The notes under the pieces: model-generated
What the model was told of the DNA's origin: nothing
Databases searched by the model: none
Seen by the model: the letters and a program-made list of their open reading frames with translations, nothing else
Position numbers and translations under genes: made by a program
Assembly (NCBI GenBank): GCA_964535015.1
Contig: CAZHRU010000005.1
Span: 1-60,674, forward strand
Length of the DNA: 60,674 nt
Origin: an uncultured Verrucomicrobiota bacterium
GTDB lineage: Bacteria; Verrucomicrobiota; Kiritimatiellia; CAIKKV01; CAITUY01
Direction: 5' to 3'
Shown here: positions 54,407-60,674 of the stretch, piece by piece
Numbering within the stretch: the first letter of the stretch is position 1
Layout: every line of letters begins with the position of its first letter

Positions 54407-56731
54407 ATGACGCCAAAACTTGGATTTGATCCTGCCGGCTCCCGTTACCATGTCCGCGATGTCCACGCCGTGGATGTGGCCGATGCCGACCTCTGGAACG
54501 ATCAGATGGCCATCCAGATTGACCAGCGCGGACGGGTCATCGCCAACGGGTTTCTTCAACCGAACATGACCGCCTACGCGGACCCCCTCCGCGCCATGTA
54601 CGTCCGCGACGAAGCCGATGGCCAGTTCTGGAGCGCCCCCTATGACCCCGTCCAGACCGAACCGGATGAGTTCGACTTTTCCATCGGCACCGCCGATCTG
54701 CGGTGGACAAACACAACCCGCGGCATCTCCACCGAAATGACCCTCGTCATCCCGCCCGATGACCTCGTCGAAGTCTGGAGCGTCACCCTGACCAACCGCT
54801 CCCGCAAAAAACGATCTCTCTCCCTCTTCTCCTACCTGCCCGTCGGACGCCGATCGCTTCTCACCCAACGCGCCGTCTTCCTCCCCGCAATGAACGGGGC
54901 CATCCATGAACACTTCGACTATTACGTCAAAGTTGAGGACTACTACCGCATCCGCCAGCGGGCGAACCTGGTGTATTGCTTCGGTGACACTACGCCTGTC
55001 GCCTGGGAACTCAGTCGTGCCGACTTCATTGGCGGTCGCGGCCTCCACGATCCCGCACAACTGCACCAGCCACGCCTGGGGTCACCCTGCGGCGAATGGC
55101 AAACAGCCAACGAGGACACCATCAACTGCTTCCAGTATCGCCTCTCGCTCGCCCCGGGCCGGAGCCAGACCTTCCGTTTCGCCTTTGGACCTGCGCACGA
55201 TACCCGCGAGGCCGTCAAAGTCGCCCGGAAATACCTGCGGCCAAACGGCATGGATCGCGCCATGGCCGCCGCCCGCAACGTTCTCACCCGCCACGCCCCC
55301 ACCGTCCGGATCGAAACGCCCGACACCGAGTTCAACCATTTCATCAACCACTGGCAACCCCGCCGATCCCTCATGCTCGTCCGCACCCTGCGCCACTGCA
55401 TGGCGCCCCAGGGACGCAATGCCATTCAGGACTCCATGGGCGGCGTCTATGTGGATCCCGCCTCCAGCCGCCACTGGTTCACCAGCATCTGGAAGCACCA
55501 GCACCTCAACGGCTGGCTACCCCACGGCATGCCCTTTGCCGAAGGCGTAAACCAGGTTCCCATCAACAGCATCCCCCACAAGGACATCAACTCCTGGGGC
55601 CCCTCCGCCCTGCACTTCTACATGGCCGAGTCCGGCGACACCGCCATTCTCGATGTGCGCATCCCCTTCGCCGACGCCCCCAAACAGACTGCCACCCTCT
55701 ATGACCATGTCGCCCTTGGCCTGGAATGGCTCTTGCGCGACCGGACCCCGCGCGGCCTTTGCCGCATCGGTCAGGGCGATTGGAATGACCCCCTCAACAT
55801 GGCCGGCCTGCATGAAAAAGGCGAATCCATCTGGCTCTCCCAGGCACTGTCCATGGCCCTCGACGTCTGGGCCAATGTGGCCGACCTGCGGAGGGATGCC
55901 AAACGCGCCGCCCGCTACCGCAAGGAGGCCTCCGCCCTGCGACGCGCCATCAACCGCTACGCCTGGAACGGCCGCTGGTATACCCGTGGGTTTACCGATG
56001 CCGGCGAAGCCTTCGGCACCCCCGCCTGGAAGGAAGGCAAGATCTACCTCAACTCCCAAAGCTGGGCCATCATGTGCGGCGCCGCCGATGCCCGAAAGAG
56101 CCGGAAACTGATCCAATCGGTGAATCGCATGCTTATGGCTCCCGCCGGCCCCATGGTGCTCGGCCCCCCCTTCACCCGCATGGATGAACGCATCGGCAAA
56201 CTCACCCAGAAGATTCCCGGCTGGAACGAAAACGGATCGGTCTACTGCCACGCCTCCACCTTCTTCGCCTACTCCCTCTATGTCGCGCACTATCCCGACC
56301 AGGCGTTCCAAATCCTGCGGTCACTTCTGCCGGGTGGTTTTGACAACACCATTCCGTACTGCGGACAACTCCCCCTGTATATCCCCAACTTCTACCGCGG
56401 CACCGAGGCCGGCAGGAACGCCGGCCGCAGCAGCCATGCCCCGAACACCGGCACCGCCTCATGGTACTACCGGACGGCCATCGCCATGCTCATGGGGATT
56501 CGGGCAGAACTGAACGGACTGCGGATCGACCCCCAACTCCCCTCGGCATGGCGCAAGGCCAAGGCCTGGCGACGCTGGCGCGGCGCGGAGTTCGATATCA
56601 CCGTCCGCCGCCGGCCGGTCACCAGCACCACAGTCCGGCTCAACGAAAAACTCCTCAGGAACAACCTCATTCCGGTGCAACCGGAAGGCACATCTCATTC
56701 CGTACTGGTGGACATCCCCATTTCAGGGTGA
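54407..56731 (+). CDS. GH94 glycoside phosphorylase (cellobionic-acid-phosphorylase/NdvB-like)
   Basis: GRNAIQD, GQGDWND catalytic segment, GESIW, ENGSVYCH, TGTASW. Confidence 0.85.
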   Translation: MTPKLGFDPAGSRYHVRDVHAVDVADADLWNDQMAIQIDQRGRVIANGFLQPNMTAYADPLRAMYVRDEADGQFWSAPYDPVQTEPDEFDFSIGTADLRWTNTTRGISTEMTLVIPPDDLVEVWSVTLTNRSRKKRSLSLFSYLPVGRRSLLTQRAVFLPAMNGAIHEHFDYYVKVEDYYRIRQRANLVYCFGDTTPVAWELSRADFIGGRGLHDPAQLHQPRLGSPCGEWQTANEDTINCFQYRLSLAPGRSQTFRFAFGPAHDTREAVKVARKYLRPNGMDRAMAAARNVLTRHAPTVRIETPDTEFNHFINHWQPRRSLMLVRTLRHCMAPQGRNAIQDSMGGVYVDPASSRHWFTSIWKHQHLNGWLPHGMPFAEGVNQVPINSIPHKDINSWGPSALHFYMAESGDTAILDVRIPFADAPKQTATLYDHVALGLEWLLRDRTPRGLCRIGQGDWNDPLNMAGLHEKGESIWLSQALSMALDVWANVADLRRDAKRAARYRKEASALRRAINRYAWNGRWYTRGFTDAGEAFGTPAWKEGKIYLNSQSWAIMCGAADARKSRKLIQSVNRMLMAPAGPMVLGPPFTRMDERIGKLTQKIPGWNENGSVYCHASTFFAYSLYVAHYPDQAFQILRSLLPGGFDNTIPYCGQLPLYIPNFYRGTEAGRNAGRSSHAPNTGTASWYYRTAIAMLMGIRAELNGLRIDPQLPSAWRKAKAWRRWRGAEFDITVRRRPVTSTTVRLNEKLLRNNLIPVQPEGTSHSVLVDIPISG

Positions 56732-56756
56732 TGCGTGTTCGGGGAAACTCCTTCTC

Positions 56757-57398
56757 CTATCGCGTTACCATCGGCACGAACCGCACTGCCAGATCGTCCC
56801 TGACTCGCACCTGCCCGCCTTGCTTTCGCAGAATCACCAGATGCTGCTGCATGGGCAACCCTGTCGGCACAATCATCCGGCCGCCCTCCCTGAGTTGATC
56901 CACCAATGCCTGCGGCACGTTCTCTGGAGCACAGGTGACAATGACGGCATCAAACGGCGCATGCTCCGCCCATCCCCGGTAACCATCACCCGTCAGGACC
57001 GAAACAAGGTTGCTGAACCCTTCCGCCCTCAAAACCCCCTTCGCATGCTCCGCCAGACGGGCAACAATCTCGACCGAATAGACAACAACCCCCATCGCCG
57101 CCAGGACGGCAGATTGATACCCGGATCCCGTCCCGATCTCCAGAACCCGCTCACCTGCTTGTAGCCCCAACTTCTCGGTCATGTAGGCCACGATGAATGG
57201 CTGTGAGATCGTCTGTCCATCGCCAATGCTACACGGGTGATCACCATACGCCACGTCATGCCGGCGATGTGCCTCGGGAATGAACAGGTGACGCCGGACT
57301 GCCCCCATTGCCGCCAGGATTCGCGGATCGCCAATGCCATACCGCTTCAGGACCTCGACCATTTCGCGACGTTCCGCCGCCCAGATCGTCTCTTCCAT
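56757..57398 (-). CDS. pcm: Protein-L-isoaspartate O-methyltransferase
   Basis: GQTISQPFIVAYM, VLEIGTGSGYQ, APFDAVIVT, VRFVPM. Confidence 0.95.
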   Translation of the reverse strand: MEETIWAAERREMVEVLKRYGIGDPRILAAMGAVRRHLFIPEAHRRHDVAYGDHPCSIGDGQTISQPFIVAYMTEKLGLQAGERVLEIGTGSGYQSAVLAAMGVVVYSVEIVARLAEHAKGVLRAEGFSNLVSVLTGDGYRGWAEHAPFDAVIVTCAPENVPQALVDQLREGGRMIVPTGLPMQQHLVILRKQGGQVRVRDDLAVRFVPMVTR

Positions 57399-57410
57399 CG
57401 CATCCCCCGT

Positions 57411-57821
57411 TCAACCCCCCAGGTCATCGGTCTTCTTCACATCCGCGCCGCCAAGTTTCTCCAACAACGTCTTGAATCCATGCTCTTCGCGCAACGACTT
57501 CAGATCCGCATCCCGGCTCATCCATGCCACGTCATCATAACCCAATTCGACCGCCCGTTTGAGCGCTTGCATGGCCGCCTCCCGCTGGTTGAGCAAAGCC
57601 AGACTGCAACCCAAGTTATACCAGACCAAGGCATCCTCCGGGCACAACTCGGCCAACCGCCGGTCAATGGCGAGCCCGTCCTCGTAGCGCCCCACCCGCG
57701 TGTATAAATCGCCCAGCGCCTTCAACACAGCCTCGTCACTTGGCAGTCGGGCCGCCAATGACTCGAAGAAGCCAAGTTCCACAAGGTCCTTCTGGTCAAT
57801 CTCGTTGTCTTGTTCCTTCAT
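57411..57821 (-). CDS. TPR protein (PVC-type)
   Basis: LGDLYTRVGRYEDGL..D, YNLGCSLAL, D.DL..LR. Confidence 0.8.
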   Translation of the reverse strand: MKEQDNEIDQKDLVELGFFESLAARLPSDEAVLKALGDLYTRVGRYEDGLAIDRRLAELCPEDALVWYNLGCSLALLNQREAAMQALKRAVELGYDDVAWMSRDADLKSLREEHGFKTLLEKLGGADVKKTDDLGG

Positions 57822-57840
57822 GCCCCTAGTCTACCATTTT

Positions 57841-58800
57841 CTACCGCGGCAACGCCATCCCAGCCGTCGCCTTTTTTATGAAACCCGTGGTACTGAACCC
57901 CTCGACCATCGGCGTTCCCACCACCTTCCCGCCCCAACTTTCCACCACCTCACGCTCCTGCCGCACCCGTTCCGGTTCGAATGAACCACCCTTCACATGA
58001 ATATCCGGCCGAATCCGTCCAATCGCATCCAGGGGGTTGTCCTCCTCAAACTCAACCACGGCGTCCACCGCACTCAATGCCCGCAATGCCGTCGCCCGGA
58101 ACACCGCCGGGAACACCGGCCGCGTCGCCCCCTTGTACCGCGCCACCGACGCATCACTGTTGATCAGCACCGTCAATGAGTCGCCAAGCAGTCTCGCTTG
58201 CCGCAGGAACCGCAAATGCCCCACATGCAGAATATCGAAGCATCCATTCACGGTGACACACCGCCCTGAACCACCCTTCCCGATCCCCGACGCCCCTGCC
58301 GCGCAGGCAAACGACGGCACGGCGATCGGCGTCCGGTGTTCCCGGATGGATTGGAGTATCTCCTCCGTGAAACATCCCGGCACGCAATCCACGCCCAGCA
58401 CCTCCCCGCATATCGCTTCCAAGTCCGTTCGCAACCGATCCCCGGCACGCTGTGACTTTCCGATAACCCAAACCGGGGCAGGCATCCCTCTGAAACAATC
58501 CACGGCAAGGTCACCCCACGTCACGCCGGTAACCTGCCGGAGCGAGGCGACCATCTCCACCCTCACGTCGAGCGTGTGCTGGGGCCGCCCTTCGGAGACG
58601 TGCCCCCTGACCGCATCGTCCTTCTCAAGCACCACCAGCACCGATGCACCTATCGCACACGCCCGCTCCAGAACGTGCAAATTCCCCGGCTGAAGAATAT
58701 CATAGGTCCCCGTCACCACCGCCACCGGGCCCGTACCGTTCCGCTGGCGCAACCATCCCGCCAACTCCTCCGGACGAATCACTTTGTCTTCCACACTCAT
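57841..58800 (-). CDS. Tandem RfaE/HldE-type cytidylyl/adenylyltransferase domains
   Basis: Domain 1 GTYDILQPGN (degenerate); domain 2 NGCFDILHVGH...NSD.SV..YKG..RP...VKGG. Confidence 0.8.
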   Translation of the reverse strand: MSVEDKVIRPEELAGWLRQRNGTGPVAVVTGTYDILQPGNLHVLERACAIGASVLVVLEKDDAVRGHVSEGRPQHTLDVRVEMVASLRQVTGVTWGDLAVDCFRGMPAPVWVIGKSQRAGDRLRTDLEAICGEVLGVDCVPGCFTEEILQSIREHRTPIAVPSFACAAGASGIGKGGSGRCVTVNGCFDILHVGHLRFLRQARLLGDSLTVLINSDASVARYKGATRPVFPAVFRATALRALSAVDAVVEFEEDNPLDAIGRIRPDIHVKGGSFEPERVRQEREVVESWGGKVVGTPMVEGFSTTGFIKKATAGMALPR

Positions 58801-58855
58801 GATCGGCACACTATACTGCGTTGATGACAGAACCTCAAACGGCAAAGCAACCGGA

Positions 58856-59335
58856 ATGACCATGCTCGCCCAATGGCTGATTATCGACGGAAACAATCTG
58901 CTTCACACAGCCCCGGAGTTCGCCCCGCTGGTGCGAAGCAATTTCGCCCTTGCCCGTAACACCCTGGTCCGCCGCCTGGAGGAACTCCTCGGCGTGATGG
59001 CCACCCGCATCACGGTGGTTTTCGACGGGACCATCGGCGGCCGCCAAACCGGGTTCGAATCATCAGCGGTTGAGGTGTTCTTCACGTCCGCCGATATGTC
59101 CGCCGATTCCGCCATCGAACGCCTGTCCGCCGAAGCCGCGACCCCCGCGTCCGTCCTCGTCGTCAGTTCCGACCGATTGGAGCGATACACCGTGGAAGCC
59201 TCCGGCGTCCGGTCGTTGTCCTGCCGGTCATTCGTCGAAGAGGTGGCCCGGGCACAGGGCGAACTTCACAGGCGCATCCAGCGGACGGAACGCCAACCCG
59301 GCTCACACGGCACCCTCGGCGATTTCTTCCGCTAA
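58856..59335 (+). CDS. YacP-like NYN domain protein
   Basis: IIDGNNLLH, VVFDG, ADSAIERL, VVSSD. Confidence 0.85.
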   Translation: MTMLAQWLIIDGNNLLHTAPEFAPLVRSNFALARNTLVRRLEELLGVMATRITVVFDGTIGGRQTGFESSAVEVFFTSADMSADSAIERLSAEAATPASVLVVSSDRLERYTVEASGVRSLSCRSFVEEVARAQGELHRRIQRTERQPGSHGTLGDFFR

Positions 59336-59345
59336 CACTCCGGGA

Positions 59346-60167
59346 TTACGCCTGCTTCTTCGCCGCCGCCGGCGCCACAGGCGGCGTCCGCCCAATATGC
59401 TTGAGCACCGCCTTGAGGTCTTCCCATGCATCCCGTTTGGCCGTCGGATTCCTCAGGAGATACGACGGATGCAACGTGGGCATGACGTCAATCCCTTCAA
59501 ACCGGTGCCAGCGCCCCCGCACGCGCGTCACCCCCTCCTCCACCTTCAGCAACCCCCGGACCGCAGTCCCCCCCAACGCCACAATCACCCGCGGCTTGAG
59601 TAACGCAATCTGTTCCTTCAGATACGGGATGCAGGTCTCCATCTCCTCCGGTGTCGGCGGCCGGTTCGCCGGCGGACGACATTTGAGAATGTTCGCGATG
59701 AACACATCGTCCCGGCGGAGCCCCATGGCCTCAATCATCTTGGTCAACAACTGCCCGGCCGCTCCAACAAAGGCCAGCCCCTGCTCATCTTCGTCGGCCC
59801 CCGGCGCCTCGCCCACGAACATGATTTCCGGAGTCAACGTCCCCTGCCCGGGCACCGTACGGGTACGCGTCTTGTGCAACCCGCATCTCTTGCACCCCTC
59901 AATTTCCGACGCAATCGCCCCCAGACTCCGCGATGATCTGCCCGCCGATGGAACCACCTTCACCGCAATCTCCTTCTTGATGGGAATCTCCTGCGCGGGT
60001 GGCACTGGGGTTGTCTTTCGCATCACTGAATCCCCCAAATCCCTCGACGCTTCCACCTGGGCCAATCCCTCATCCTTGAGCCAGTTGAGATACTCAGCCG
60101 TCTGACCGAGGATGTCCGCCAGTTCCGCCTGCGGTTCAGTGCCCACTGCCCGCCCCGCCGTTGACAC
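59346..60167 (-). CDS. Uracil-DNA glycosylase family 4
   Basis: C..C.L...R, VGEAPG.DED, FVG.AGQLL, N.LKCRPP.NR, HPSYLLR. Confidence 0.92.
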   Translation of the reverse strand: MSTAGRAVGTEPQAELADILGQTAEYLNWLKDEGLAQVEASRDLGDSVMRKTTPVPPAQEIPIKKEIAVKVVPSAGRSSRSLGAIASEIEGCKRCGLHKTRTRTVPGQGTLTPEIMFVGEAPGADEDEQGLAFVGAAGQLLTKMIEAMGLRRDDVFIANILKCRPPANRPPTPEEMETCIPYLKEQIALLKPRVIVALGGTAVRGLLKVEEGVTRVRGRWHRFEGIDVMPTLHPSYLLRNPTAKRDAWEDLKAVLKHIGRTPPVAPAAAKKQA

Positions 60168-60674
60168 CCGTCCCGCCGTTCATCCGCGCCCGACGTAAGG
60201 CATGCAGCATGTAGAACGGCCCGAACACGATGTAACTCAACACCATGATCACCATGAACGCCGCCGCATAGACAGCAATCTTGTGCGGCACAAACAACAC
60301 GCACACCATGATCACCATCGGCACAAACAACGCCGGATGTTTCGTGGGTTTCGGGTATCGCACATTGGAAACCTGAAGAATGATGAAGGAAAGAACCCCC
60401 AGCAGAAACAACATCGCCACCGGCCCCTGACTCAGCGAAAAACGCTCAAACGGCGTGCTCTGACTGACAAACACCAGCATGGCGACCCACCCTGCGCAGG
60501 CTGTGATCGGCAACCCCGTATACCCCATTTGACCCCGGTACGGATCGTTGGCCTTGAACCGTGCCAGGCGCACTACGCCCGACAACACCACCGCCGCCGT
60601 CATCGCCACCCGCCAGAATGTCCGCGACGCCGTCATCGCATCATGGCCGGCCAGCATCACCGTGTAAATCAGCA
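60136..60674 (-). CDS. CDP-alcohol phosphatidyltransferase (PssA-like), C-terminal part, truncated at the edge
   Basis: VRLARF.....Y.GLPIT.....LQVSNVRYPK; TM helices. Confidence 0.75.
   Translation of the reverse strand, partial: LIYTVMLAGHDAMTASRTFWRVAMTAAVVLSGVVRLARFKANDPYRGQMGYTGLPITACAGWVAMLVFVSQSTPFERFSLSQGPVAMLFLLGVLSFIILQVSNVRYPKPTKHPALFVPMVIMVCVLFVPHKIAVYAAAFMVIMVLSYIVFGPFYMLHALRRARMNGGTGVNGGAGSGH

Noticed and set aside
1-60674. CRISPR arrays, tRNA/rRNA genes, cobalamin riboswitch, electrically conductive type IV pilin, selenocysteine or pyrrolysine read-through
   Set aside because: None was seen. There are no regularly spaced repeats, the protein repeats are coding, and no in-frame stop interrupts a recognisable gene.

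Overview
GC-rich bacterial DNA. The host is most likely a PVC-superphylum organism (Verrucomicrobiota/Kiritimatiellae-like); this is inferred from Verrucomicrobia-style extracellular domains, a Tat sulfatase and a PVC-type TPR protein, and is not proven. (1) 1-3.2 kb: a signalling locus with a PocR-AraC regulator, a polyprenyl-synthetase-fold enzyme, an unannotated 36-aa peptide (516-626, missing from the ORF track) and a membrane sensor kinase, in an order that mirrors Bacillus comQ-comX-comP, plus a lone receiver domain. (2) 3.2-32.9 kb: a Geobacter-style extracellular electron transfer (EET) island with nine multiheme cytochromes (79 CXXCH and 3 extended motifs, counted by eye). It holds an ImcH-like and two CbcL-like inner-membrane quinol dehydrogenases, a c554-type tetraheme, an invasin-Ig-fused multiheme, an OmcE-like tetraheme (nanowire family), a lipoprotein 11-heme with a beta-barrel porin, 12- and 13-heme cytochromes, three NHL beta-propellers, three ResB and two CcsA system II maturation genes, an NrfJ-like protein and a BchE-like B12 radical SAM. 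(3) 33-36.7 kb: sulfatase/AraC and a small nucleotidyltransferase cassette. (4) 37-48.6 kb: a complete siroheme-dependent (Ahb) heme operon, including a HemC-CobA-HemD fusion whose HemC lacks domain 3. (5) 48.9-56.7 kb: an accessory block with an EcoRV-like RM system, an IS4 remnant, an inverted-repeat-flanked heparinase II/III-like gene and a GH94 phosphorylase. (6) 56.7-60.7 kb: housekeeping genes. All family assignments come from motif recognition only; no database searches were run.
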